Origin: Desulfatiglandales bacterium
GTDB lineage: Bacteria; Desulfobacterota; DSM-4660; Desulfatiglandales; Desulfatiglandaceae
Direction of reading: 5' to 3'
DNA length: 64,000 nucleotides
Assembly (NCBI GenBank): GCA_963666345.1
Contig: OY762721.1
Location: forward strand, 864,001 to 928,000
Positions 19,301 through 28,481 of this stretch are shown one piece after another. The translations under genes were made by a program, and so were the position numbers. Within the stretch, counting starts at the first letter, position 1. Each line of letters opens with the position of its first letter. The notes beneath the pieces are model-generated. The model saw nothing but the letters and a program-made list of their open reading frames with translations, was not told where the DNA came from and made no database searches.

Positions 19301-20335
19301 ATGAAAGCTAGAATTTCGGTTGTCACTGTCATGGTTCTGTTCGCGTTCTTCATTCTGCTTCCTGCCGGCTCCGCAACGGCAGGTACGCAGAAGATAAAGT
19401 TCGGACATGTCGCCCCCCCCTTTCACGGACAGAGTAAAGGCGCTGATGCCTTTGCCGCCTATGTAAAGGACAAAACCGGCGGAAAGATCGAAATAGCCAC
19501 TTTCCCGATGGGCCAGCTCGGTAACGAAAGATCCATGGCGGAGCAGGTCCAGGCAGGCACTCTTCACATGGCTGCAATAACCTCCGCGGTTCTTCAGAAC
19601 TTCGTGCCTCAAATGGCCATCCTGGATATGCCCTTTATATATCCTGACAGGAAGACCGCCTATGCAACCCTTGATGACCCTGAAGTCCAGGAAAAACTCT
19701 TTTCCTACTTTGCAAAAAAGGGTTTTGTAGGTATCGGTTTTACGGAAAACGAGTTTCGTGACATCACCAACTCCAAACGCCCGATCCGCACCCCCGAGGA
19801 TGTGGCAGGGCTCAAGATAAGGGTCATGAATTCACCAGTTTACCTGGACACATTCAAACAGCTCGGTGCCTCATCGGTCGGAATCCCTTTTCCGGAGGTC
19901 TATAACGCGCTTCAGACCGGAGTCATAGACGCACAGGAAAACCCTGTTCTCACCTCAGTGCTGATGAAATTCACCGAAGTCACGAAATATGCGACCGTCA
20001 CCAATCACTGCCTGACCGAATGCCCGATAATAGTAAACCCGGACTACTGGGCCTCCTTGTCCGGCAATGAAAAAGATATCTTCAGGCAGGCGGCCAAGGT
20101 ATGCATAAAAACCAACAGGGATGTAAACGCGGCTATCCACAACAAACTGCCCAAGCTCAATGTCTCAATCGATGAACACTGCAGGAAAAACGGCATCGAG
20201 CTGATTCGTCTTTCTCCCGAGCAAAGGGCGGTTTTCCGGAACGCAACGGCTCCGGTATGGGATAAATACCGCAAAAAGATAGGAGATGAGATCTTTGATT
20301 TCTTCCTGGCCAAGATAAAGGAACACCAGAAGTGA
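19301..20335 (+). CDS. dctP: TRAP transporter substrate-binding protein DctP
   Basis: Signal peptide, GQLGNER, GLKIRVM, EVYNALQTGVIDAQENP. Confidence 0.9.
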   Translation: MKARISVVTVMVLFAFFILLPAGSATAGTQKIKFGHVAPPFHGQSKGADAFAAYVKDKTGGKIEIATFPMGQLGNERSMAEQVQAGTLHMAAITSAVLQNFVPQMAILDMPFIYPDRKTAYATLDDPEVQEKLFSYFAKKGFVGIGFTENEFRDITNSKRPIRTPEDVAGLKIRVMNSPVYLDTFKQLGASSVGIPFPEVYNALQTGVIDAQENPVLTSVLMKFTEVTKYATVTNHCLTECPIIVNPDYWASLSGNEKDIFRQAAKVCIKTNRDVNAAIHNKLPKLNVSIDEHCRKNGIELIRLSPEQRAVFRNATAPVWDKYRKKIGDEIFDFFLAKIKEHQK

Positions 20336-20428
20336 CGGGAAAACCGATTACTATCCGCCAAAGCCGATAGTTTGAGAATTTAAGGACTCCAGGGATCTTC
20401 TAATATCAACATTTCAACTAAAAGGAAA

Positions 20429-20463
20429 AGGCCCCTTCACCATGATAAAGGTGAAGGGGCCCT
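20429..20463 (+). terminator. Strong hairpin between dctP and dctQ
   Basis: ggccccttcacc-atgataaa-ggtgaaggggcc. Confidence 0.55.
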
Positions 20464-20466
20464 AAA

Positions 20467-20976
20467 ATGAAACGCATACTGGGATATATCGACAGGATTG
20501 AAAGGCTCACCCTTGTCTGGATCATTCTGGGCCTGGCGGTAATAGGCTTTGTGCAGGTCTTTTCACGCTACATATTCAATTACAGCTTTACCTGGTTTGA
20601 GGAGCTTGGCCGCTACCTGGGTGTATTTATCGCATTTCTGGGCGCAGGACTGGGCGTAAAGCACGGCACTCATTTTTCAATGGATCTGCTGGTGGCGAAT
20701 CTTCCAAGGCCGTGGAAAGAGCTGCTTACTACCGCCACAAACTCGGTTTCAGCGACCTTTCTTCTCATTATAGCCTATTATTCCTGGAAAATAGTGATAA
20801 AGATGCATGGCTTCGAGACAACCTCGGCAGCCATGCAGATTCCGATGTATCTTGCCTATCTTCCGATCCCGGTATTCTGTATGGTAATGAGTGCCCGCTT
20901 CTTTTTGTGCAACATCGAGCCGATATCATCCCTTTTAAAGAGGGGAAACAACCGGTCCGAGGGGGCTGTGCCATGA
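20467..20976 (+). CDS. dctQ: TRAP transporter small permease DctQ
   Basis: Four TM segments, QVFSRYIF...WFEELGRY. Confidence 0.9.
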   Translation: MKRILGYIDRIERLTLVWIILGLAVIGFVQVFSRYIFNYSFTWFEELGRYLGVFIAFLGAGLGVKHGTHFSMDLLVANLPRPWKELLTTATNSVSATFLLIIAYYSWKIVIKMHGFETTSAAMQIPMYLAYLPIPVFCMVMSARFFLCNIEPISSLLKRGNNRSEGAVP

Positions 20977-22250
20977 CCCTCACCCTGATCCTCTGTTTCG
21001 TTATTCTGTTACTGGCCGGCACACCCATAGCCCTGATCCTGGCTATCAGCACCACCATGGCCCTCTTCTTTCACACCACGACTCCCCTGCATATAATCAC
21101 GCAGCAGCTCTTTAACGCGCTGGACAACTTCGTCCTGCTCGCGGTCCCCTTCTTTATTGTTGCAGGCTCCATTATGACCAAGGGAGGCATAGCCAAGCGG
21201 CTCATCAATTTCGTGAACGCGCTGGTAGGATGGTTTCCGGGAGGACTTTCAATCGCCGGGGTACTGGCCTGCATATTCTTTGCAGCCATATCAGGTTCTT
21301 CACCGGCAACGGTTGTGGCCATAGGCTCGATAATGATCCCCGCCCTTGTAAAGGCAGGTTACGGACCGAGATTTTCCCTGGGGCTCATTACGGTATCAGG
21401 GTCTCTCGGAATCGTGATTCCTCCATCCATTCCGATGATTCTCTACTGCCTGGTCATGAATGTATCGGTTGCCGAGCTTTTCATGGCAGGAATTTTACCC
21501 GGCCTTCTCATAGGCGGCTGTCTTATCGCTTATTCCTATATCATAGCCAAACGTAATAACTGGCGGATCGGGGAAAAGCCCTCGCTGAGACAAGTGGGCA
21601 AGGCGGCCCGGGAGGGGATCTGGGCGCTCCTTCTGCCTGTCATAGTCCTGGGAGGCATATACACGGGCATCTTTACCCCCACGGAGGCGGCCGCTATAAG
21701 TGTAATATACGCGCTGGGGGTGGAGATTCTGATCTACAAAGAATTCCGGATCAGGGACATTGCAGCCGTTTGCGAGGAATCGGCCATCTTGTCGGCATGT
21801 CTGCTTTTCATACTTTCCTGCGCCATGACGTTTATCTGGCTTTTGACTTCGGAGCAGATTCCGCTGAAGCTTGCCGACATCATAATAACCAACATCCACA
21901 GCCCCTGGATGTTCCTTCTTACCGTAAACATCCTGTTCCTTATACTGGGATGTTTTATGGATGATGTAAGCGCGATGCTCGTGCTCGCGCCCATCTTTCT
22001 TGAGACGCTCAACCGCTACGGCATAGATCTGGTACATTTCGGGATCGTGATGGTCCTCAATATCCAGTTCGGAATGCTTACCCCGCCCTTCGGATTGAAC
22101 CTGTTCGTCTCAATGGGAATAACCGGCAGGCCCCTCACATTTGTGGCAAGGGGTGTACTTCCATTCCTGCTGATAATGCTTTCCTGCCTCATGGTAGTGA
22201 CCTATGTACCATGGATATCGCTTCTGCTTCCCGATCTGTTTTTGAGATAG
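20973..22250 (+). CDS. dctM: TRAP transporter large permease DctM
   Basis: LLAVPFFI, AAISGSSPA, IPPSIPM, GMLTPPFGLNLF. Confidence 0.9.
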   Translation: MTLTLILCFVILLLAGTPIALILAISTTMALFFHTTTPLHIITQQLFNALDNFVLLAVPFFIVAGSIMTKGGIAKRLINFVNALVGWFPGGLSIAGVLACIFFAAISGSSPATVVAIGSIMIPALVKAGYGPRFSLGLITVSGSLGIVIPPSIPMILYCLVMNVSVAELFMAGILPGLLIGGCLIAYSYIIAKRNNWRIGEKPSLRQVGKAAREGIWALLLPVIVLGGIYTGIFTPTEAAAISVIYALGVEILIYKEFRIRDIAAVCEESAILSACLLFILSCAMTFIWLLTSEQIPLKLADIIITNIHSPWMFLLTVNILFLILGCFMDDVSAMLVLAPIFLETLNRYGIDLVHFGIVMVLNIQFGMLTPPFGLNLFVSMGITGRPLTFVARGVLPFLLIMLSCLMVVTYVPWISLLLPDLFLR

Positions 22251-22292
22251 GACTTACACACCGGGGCATAGAAGGAAATGCCGAACCTCGAC

Positions 22293-22346
22293 GGATCATC
22301 TCCAAAAGAGTTGAGCTAAATGAAGGATTCATGGAAGGGTTCGAAG
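22293..22346. repeat. Isolated end of the TIR/8-mer-array element
   Basis: ggatcatctccaaaagagttgagctaaatgaaggattc is a near-exact reverse complement of 1797-1828 and 52875-52912; lies between convergent genes. Confidence 0.75.
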
Positions 22347-22368
22347 TATGGGAGGACAACCACCTTGA

Positions 22369-23157
22369 TTATCTTTGAGGCAGGGATAAAAGCCCGGGCC
22401 TTCGATCCTTTAAAAACGGCATTGAAGCGCGAATATCTTCCACCCTGTTTTTTTCTATTCCTGCGATAAGAAGACCTTCTTCATCTCCGCCGAAGGCAAG
22501 CAGTTCACCCAAAGGATCGATTATTGCGGACCCGCCCCTGAATTGGCTCCCTCCGCCCTCTCCGATCCTGTTCACCCCGACCATATAACACTGACTTTCA
22601 ACCGCCCTGGCCCTTAAAAGGATATCCCAGTGGCTCTGGCGCAAGGCAGGCCATGAAGCTATCACCATTATGAGTTCACAATCATCCACGACCGCACGGA
22701 ACAGTTCGGGAAATCGAAGGTCATAGCAGATAAAGCAGGCAGTGCCGATCCCCTCGATGCCGAAGGTGACGGGATCCGTTCCCGGGGCATAGTGTATGTC
22801 CTCTTCAAGGAGCCCTATCTGGTGTATTTTCGAGTAAAGGGCCAGATCCCTTCCTTTTCCGTCCACTGCAAGAGATACGTTCCTGGGCCCTGCCGCCTCC
22901 CCTGATTCAAGCACGAAACCGCCCACCAGGGCCATATCCGTCTCAGAGGCAAGAGACCTCAGAAAGGCCGGGGTCCGCCCATCTATCTTCTCGGCCGTTA
23001 CATTTGTATCCATTGAAAAACCGGTTGCAAACATCTCAGGCAGGACCAACAGGCCGGCCTGTTGGTCCCTGGCCCTCAGGGCATATTCACGCACCTTTCT
23101 GAAATTCTCGTCCCGGTCGTGCCAGGCTATGTCCATCTGAAGTGCCGCGATTTTCAT
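22369..23157 (-). CDS. Nitrilase-family omega-amidase (YafV/MtnU-like)
   Basis: Catalytic triad LPEMF / YSKIH / ICYDLRFPE. Confidence 0.85.
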   Translation of the reverse strand: MKIAALQMDIAWHDRDENFRKVREYALRARDQQAGLLVLPEMFATGFSMDTNVTAEKIDGRTPAFLRSLASETDMALVGGFVLESGEAAGPRNVSLAVDGKGRDLALYSKIHQIGLLEEDIHYAPGTDPVTFGIEGIGTACFICYDLRFPELFRAVVDDCELIMVIASWPALRQSHWDILLRARAVESQCYMVGVNRIGEGGGSQFRGGSAIIDPLGELLAFGGDEEGLLIAGIEKNRVEDIRASMPFLKDRRPGLLSLPQR

Positions 23158-24314
23158 CCTCTCCACCTCCTGAGCCTGTCTATTGCCTCATCAAGGGTTT
23201 TTTCCTTCTTGCAGAAACAGAACCTTACAAGTTCACGCCCCATACGCCTGTCTTTCCAGAAAAACGAACAGGGGATGGCCGCAACTCCCGCTTCCGCCGG
23301 CAGCATCCTGCAAAATTTCAGGTCATCCTTAAAACCGACAGACCTGATGTCCACCAGGATATAGTAGGTCCCCTCGGACAGATATGTCTTGAACCCAATA
23401 CCGGTCAAGGCCTCGTAAAACCTGTTCCTCCTTGTTTCGTAACCCTGCCTGAGCCCTGTAAAATATCGGTCCGGAAAATCAAGGGCAACCGCCATTGCCT
23501 CCTGAAGCGCGGGCTGACCGCAGAATACTATGAACTGGTGGCTCATGCGAACCGCCCTGGAAAGACCGGGAGAAGCCACAACGTATCCTATCTTCCATCC
23601 GGTCATGGAAAATGTCTTTCCTGTCGAAGATATCACAAAGGCCCGGTCCCTCAACTCAGGTATGCTGAGCAGTGTTTCATGGCGCCTTCCGTCATAGACA
23701 AGATGCTCGTAGACTTCATCACCGATGGCAAACGCATCATATTTACGGCATAGCCTGCCGATCAGGGAAAGATCATCCCTGTTGAAGACCTTTCCGCACG
23801 GGTTCTGCGGGTTGTTGACAATCACGGCCTTTGTGGCGTCTGAAAAGGCGTTTTCAAGTTCCCCGTAATCCAGCCTGAAATCATGCCCCCGGAGCGAGAC
23901 ATATCTTATCTCTGCGCCGGCAAGCGCGGCCACGGGCGCGTACGTGTCAAAACAGGGCTCAAGCAGAATGACCTCATCGCCCGGCTCAAGTATGCCCAAA
24001 AGGGTTGAGCACAACCCTTCGGTTCCGCCGGATGTAACGGTCACCTCAAGGTCAGGGTCCACATCCACCCCGTAAAAACGCCTCATATTTTTCGACACCG
24101 CCCTTCTGAGTTCAGGGATTCCGATTGAGGGGGCATACTGATTGGGGCCCCGCATAATAGCCTCGGCGGCCCTGGCCCTGATCTGTTCAGGCCCGTCCGT
24201 ATCGGGGAAGCCCTGGGACAGGTTGATGGCGCCGCAGGAATCGGCCAGTGCCGTCATTTCCGTGAATATTGTCGTACCAAAAGGTTTGAGAGCTGAAGTT
24301 ACCGCTTCCGTCAT
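23154..24314 (-). CDS. PLP-dependent class I aminotransferase (YbdL/methionine aminotransferase-like)
   Basis: AINLSQGFPD, DEVYEHL, STGKTFSMTGWKIG, VRFCFCK. Confidence 0.85.
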   Translation of the reverse strand: MTEAVTSALKPFGTTIFTEMTALADSCGAINLSQGFPDTDGPEQIRARAAEAIMRGPNQYAPSIGIPELRRAVSKNMRRFYGVDVDPDLEVTVTSGGTEGLCSTLLGILEPGDEVILLEPCFDTYAPVAALAGAEIRYVSLRGHDFRLDYGELENAFSDATKAVIVNNPQNPCGKVFNRDDLSLIGRLCRKYDAFAIGDEVYEHLVYDGRRHETLLSIPELRDRAFVISSTGKTFSMTGWKIGYVVASPGLSRAVRMSHQFIVFCGQPALQEAMAVALDFPDRYFTGLRQGYETRRNRFYEALTGIGFKTYLSEGTYYILVDIRSVGFKDDLKFCRMLPAEAGVAAIPCSFFWKDRRMGRELVRFCFCKKEKTLDEAIDRLRRWRG

Positions 24315-24503
24315 ATTAAAATCCCTTTCATTTTCATTACGAAAAAGTGAAGATGTTTTAATACTCAGTAATATAAGGGATGCAAGCCGAAGGGGTCAAG
24401 CCCGGATATGCAAGGAATAAGCCTGCGCCCCGGGTAATGGCAGATTGTGTCTTGATCGGACGGAAGATTCCGGCAAGTTGAAAGCAGGAATCGGTTTTTT
24501 ACC

Positions 24504-24532
24504 TTGACTGAAACGCCCGATATATCTATACT
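24504..24532 (+). promoter_or_regulatory. Sigma70 promoter of rplU
   Basis: TTGACT, 17 bp, TATACT. Confidence 0.65.
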
Positions 24533-24566
24533 CCATAATTTACAAAATTTAGAGGAGTAATAAACT

Positions 24567-24875
24567 ATGTACGCTGTTATTAACACGGGCGGTAAACAGT
24601 TGAGGGTTTCCCCGGGTGAAAGTGTCAGATGTGAAAAGATCCCCGGAGAGATAGGGGAGGCCATCAGTTTCGACAAGGTCCTTCTGACCTCTGACGGTGA
24701 AGAAATAAGCATCGGAAAACCTTACCTGGAGTCAAAGGTGACCGGTCATATCATTCGGCAGGGCAAAAGCAGAAAGGTTGTCGTTTTCAAATACAAAAAA
24801 AGAAAAGGATATAGAAGGAAAAGAGGGCATCGTCAAGACTTTACCCTGGTAAAAATTGACGGGATTGACTCCTGA
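24567..24875 (+). CDS. rplU: 50S ribosomal protein L21
   Basis: MYAVINTGGKQ...KRGHRQDFT. Confidence 0.97.
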   Translation: MYAVINTGGKQLRVSPGESVRCEKIPGEIGEAISFDKVLLTSDGEEISIGKPYLESKVTGHIIRQGKSRKVVVFKYKKRKGYRRKRGHRQDFTLVKIDGIDS

Positions 24876-24927
24876 CCTTCTTTTAGTCTTCTAATTTTCA
24901 TTAAAGAAAACAGATAGGGTATATGCA

Positions 24928-25182
24928 ATGGCACATAAGAAAGCAGGTGGAAGTTCCCGTAACGGAAGGGACAGCGCCGGCCAGAGATACGGCATAAAGA
25001 GGTACAGCGGCCAGGTGGTCAAGGCCGGCAATATTCTGGTCAGGCAAAAAGGGACGAAGATACACCCCGGAAACAATGTCGGTCTTGGAAAAGACTACAC
25101 GCTTTTTTCAAAGATAGACGGCACCGTTACCTTTGAAAGACTCGGAAGAGACCGCAAAAAGGTCAGCGTCTACGCATCCTGA
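24928..25182 (+). CDS. rpmA: 50S ribosomal protein L27
   Basis: [16 protein letters not shown]. Confidence 0.98.
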   Translation: MAHKKAGGSSRNGRDSAGQRYGIKRYSGQVVKAGNILVRQKGTKIHPGNNVGLGKDYTLFSKIDGTVTFERLGRDRKKVSVYAS

Positions 25183-25217
25183 AATGGCGAACATCTCCTC
25201 CTGTCTCGAGTTAAATT

Positions 25218-26216
25218 ATGGGCTTTCTTGATGAAGCGGTTATTACGGCAAGATCCGGGGACGGGGGAAAGGGATGCGTCAGTTTCAGAAGAGAAAAATT
25301 CATCCCAAAAGGAGGACCTGACGGAGGCGATGGGGGTGACGGGGGCAGCATAATAGTGCTGGCCACAAAAAACCTCCAGAATCTGTCGGGCTTTAACTCC
25401 AGAAGATATTTCAGGGCACCCAATGGAGAACATGGAAAAGGAAGGAACCGTTCGGGCCGAAACGGTGAGGACCTTTTACTCATGGTTCCGTTGGGAACGA
25501 TAATAAGTGATCTAAATACCGATGAAATATTTGCAGATCTTACCAGAGACAACCAGAAGATAACCCTGCTTCCAGGAGGAAAGGGAGGCAAAGGGAACCA
25601 GCGCTTCGCAACCTCAACCAACAGATCCCCTCATTTCGCTCAGCCCGGAATTCCGGGCCATGAACTGCAACTCAGACTTACACTCAAGGTCCTTGCCGAT
25701 ATCGGCCTGATAGGCTTACCCAACGCAGGTAAATCCACTCTCCTTTCCCGCCTCAGCATGGCACGGCCGAAAGTAGACAGTTATCCGTTCACCACCCTGT
25801 CTCCAAACCTGGGAGTAATGGATATTGACGAAGAAAGATCGATCGTTATCGCCGATATCCCGGGATTGATAAAGGGAGCGAGCAGAGGCAGGGGTCTGGG
25901 GCTGAGATTTCTCAAACATATTGAAAGGACAAGGCTTCTTCTGCACCTTCTTGACATTACATCCACCGGAGGTGATGATATATTGTGGGATTTTCATACA
26001 ATAAGAAGGGAACTGGAAGAATACAGCCCTGAATTGGTGGACAAGCCTTTTCTGGTATTAATAAACAAGGTCGACCTGAAAGAAACAGGCGGCAGGGATA
26101 TGGATCGGATCAAAAAGGCGTTTGATGATATCGGGGTCAAAAGCATTTTCATTTCAGCCCTTACAGGGAAAGGGATTGAAAGGGTCAAATCGATCATCTC
26201 TGAAATAGCCCGTTAG
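25218..26216 (+). CDS. obgE: GTPase ObgE
   Basis: Gly-rich Obg fold, GLPNAGKST, DIPGLI, NKVD. Confidence 0.96.
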   Translation: MGFLDEAVITARSGDGGKGCVSFRREKFIPKGGPDGGDGGDGGSIIVLATKNLQNLSGFNSRRYFRAPNGEHGKGRNRSGRNGEDLLLMVPLGTIISDLNTDEIFADLTRDNQKITLLPGGKGGKGNQRFATSTNRSPHFAQPGIPGHELQLRLTLKVLADIGLIGLPNAGKSTLLSRLSMARPKVDSYPFTTLSPNLGVMDIDEERSIVIADIPGLIKGASRGRGLGLRFLKHIERTRLLLHLLDITSTGGDDILWDFHTIRRELEEYSPELVDKPFLVLINKVDLKETGGRDMDRIKKAFDDIGVKSIFISALTGKGIERVKSIISEIAR

Positions 26217-26262
26217 CATTGCAGTGTATTGATTTTAAGTAAAACCAAAGGCAGGTGCGGCA

Positions 26263-27435
26263 TTGGAAAAGACTTCAAGAAAACAGATACTGAGAAAGAT
26301 AAAAAGGGCCGTTATCAAAGTGGGAAGCGGGGTCCTCACCAGAGAAGACGGACTTAACACGGATATAATAAAGAGTTTTTCAGATGATATCTGCAGACTT
26401 TCAAACAGGAATATCGACATCATTCTGGTTACATCCGGTGCCATAGCCTCAGGCTTGAAAAAGGTCGGGTTCACAAAAAGGCCGCAGTCTCTCTCCCAGC
26501 AGCAGGCAGTGGCCGCTATCGGGCAGAGCAGCCTGATGATGGCCTATGAGGAGGCCTTCGGCAGGCATGGCAGAAAGGTTGCCCAGATACTCACTACCAG
26601 GGACGACCTTACTCACAGGCGCCGGTATCTGAACGCCAGGAACACAATCCTCACTCTGCTTTCCTGGAAGATTATCCCCGTTATAAACGAAAACGACACG
26701 GTCGTGGTGGATGAAATCAAGTATGGCGATAACGATAACCTGAGCGCGATGATAACCAACCTGATAGATTCCCAGCTTCTGGTTAATCTGACGAATATCG
26801 ACGGACTCTTTGACAAGGACCCAAGGGACAATAAAGACGCCAGGCTTATAAAGGAAGTTGAAAAGGTCGACAGAAAGGTCCTGAAATTTGCCGGTAAAAT
26901 CCCCGGGTTTCTAGGCACGGGCGGTATGGAAAGCAAGATAAGGGCCGCCAAGAAGGTGGCACTCAGAGGGGTGCCCACTATAATCGCAAACGGGCTCAAG
27001 CCCGGTATCATATGGGATATATTTGACGCAAAGGAAGAAGGCACACTCTTTCTGCCGGGTGAGGTATCACTTTGCAGCAGAAAGCACTGGATCGCCTTTA
27101 CAAAATCTCCCAAAGGGGAGATAGTCATCGACAGGGGAGCGGAAAAGGCGATCGTCTCTAATGGGAAAAGTCTCCTTCCCTCAGGGATTTCAGAGGTAAG
27201 AGGCCGATTCAGCCAGGGCAATTCGGTTATTATCCTGAATGAAGCGGGAGAACAACTTGCGGTGGGCATGGTAAATTATCACTCAGGTGATCTGAAAAAG
27301 ATAGCAGGAGCCAAGACCGTGGATATTGAAACCCTGCTGGGCTTCAAACATGACGACGAGGTTATTCACAGAGACAACCTGGTTCTTGCCTCTCATCTGG
27401 ATGAGGGGGAAGACCTCTGCCGTCTGAGGGGATGA
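26263..27435 (+). CDS. proB: Glutamate 5-kinase
   Basis: VIKVGSGVL, INENDTV, GDNDNLSA, C-terminal PUA domain. Confidence 0.95.
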   Translation: MEKTSRKQILRKIKRAVIKVGSGVLTREDGLNTDIIKSFSDDICRLSNRNIDIILVTSGAIASGLKKVGFTKRPQSLSQQQAVAAIGQSSLMMAYEEAFGRHGRKVAQILTTRDDLTHRRRYLNARNTILTLLSWKIIPVINENDTVVVDEIKYGDNDNLSAMITNLIDSQLLVNLTNIDGLFDKDPRDNKDARLIKEVEKVDRKVLKFAGKIPGFLGTGGMESKIRAAKKVALRGVPTIIANGLKPGIIWDIFDAKEEGTLFLPGEVSLCSRKHWIAFTKSPKGEIVIDRGAEKAIVSNGKSLLPSGISEVRGRFSQGNSVIILNEAGEQLAVGMVNYHSGDLKKIAGAKTVDIETLLGFKHDDEVIHRDNLVLASHLDEGEDLCRLRG

Positions 27436-27471
27436 ACCCTGTATCGCGCGCATTGAACGGAGAGGTTAATT

Positions 27472-28104
27472 GTGAGAGTAGGGATATTCGGAGGCACATT
27501 TGATCCGATCCACCTTGGGCATCTGCGAACCGCGGAGGAAATCGGCGAAGGGCTGAATCTGGACAGGGTCTATCTTATTCCATCAGCCAACCCTCCTCAC
27601 AAGGATAATGAAGAAGTGACCCCTTTCAATCTAAGGCTTGAAATGGCCCGGATAGCAAAGGGAGATTCTCCGCTTCTCGAAGTCCTGGATCTGGAGGGGG
27701 AAAGGGCCGGTTTTTCCTACAGTATCGAGACGCTGAAGGAAATCGATTCAAAACTGGGTGAAAAGGCCCGGCTCTTTTTTATAATAGGTGAAGACGCGTT
27801 TCTGGAAATCAGGACCTGGAAGGATTACAAGTCTCTCTTCGATTATGCCCATTTTGTGATAATCAGACGAACAGGGACCCGTAAAGGAGATATAGAAGAG
27901 ATTATTTCAGGCATGGGAGCGACGATCAAGGGCCCTGACATTTACACGATGCCCTCTAAAAAAGAGCTTATACGTTTCTCCACCACTGCGCTTGATATAT
28001 CTGCGACACGGATCAGGACTATCTTCAGGCAGGGAGGGTCGATCAGGTTTCTGGTCACTCAAAATGTCCTGGACTACATAACCGAAAAAGGCCTGTACAG
28101 GTAA
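27472..28104 (+). CDS. nadD: Nicotinate-nucleotide adenylyltransferase
   Basis: GGTFDPIHLGH, ISATRIR. Confidence 0.95.
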   Translation: MRVGIFGGTFDPIHLGHLRTAEEIGEGLNLDRVYLIPSANPPHKDNEEVTPFNLRLEMARIAKGDSPLLEVLDLEGERAGFSYSIETLKEIDSKLGEKARLFFIIGEDAFLEIRTWKDYKSLFDYAHFVIIRRTGTRKGDIEEIISGMGATIKGPDIYTMPSKKELIRFSTTALDISATRIRTIFRQGGSIRFLVTQNVLDYITEKGLYR

Positions 28105-28106
28105 AT

Positions 28107-28481
28107 ATGAAAACCATCGATAAGGCGAAACTCTGTCTTTCCATAATCAATGAACGTAAAGCGCTTGATCCGATCCTTTTCCATGTCGAGGGACTTACCA
28201 GCATAGCGGACTACTTTATTATCGCAAGCGGCAACTCCAGCCGGCAGGTCCAGGCCATAGCCGGACATCTTGAAAAAACGATGAGGGAAAAGGGACTCAA
28301 ACCGGGCGGGGTGGAAGGCGGACAGGAAGGACACTGGGTACTGCTCGACTACGGAGATGTTATCATACATATATTCTATCAACCATACAGGGAGTTCTAC
28401 GACCTTGAAGGTCTGTGGATCGACGCAGCCAGGATCGATATGGATGAACCTCCCGGGACACCAAAAGACCTTTCAAAATGA
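28107..28481 (+). CDS. rsfS: Ribosome silencing factor
   Basis: IADYFIIASGNSSRQVQAI, WVLLDYGDVIIHIF...FYDLEGLW. Confidence 0.95.
   Translation: MKTIDKAKLCLSIINERKALDPILFHVEGLTSIADYFIIASGNSSRQVQAIAGHLEKTMREKGLKPGGVEGGQEGHWVLLDYGDVIIHIFYQPYREFYDLEGLWIDAARIDMDEPPGTPKDLSK

Noticed and set aside
23142..23753. Long antisense ORFs (also 8621-9328, 26613-27269, 35168-35746 and others)
   Set aside because: Shadows of well-supported genes on the opposite strand, with no recognisable motifs.
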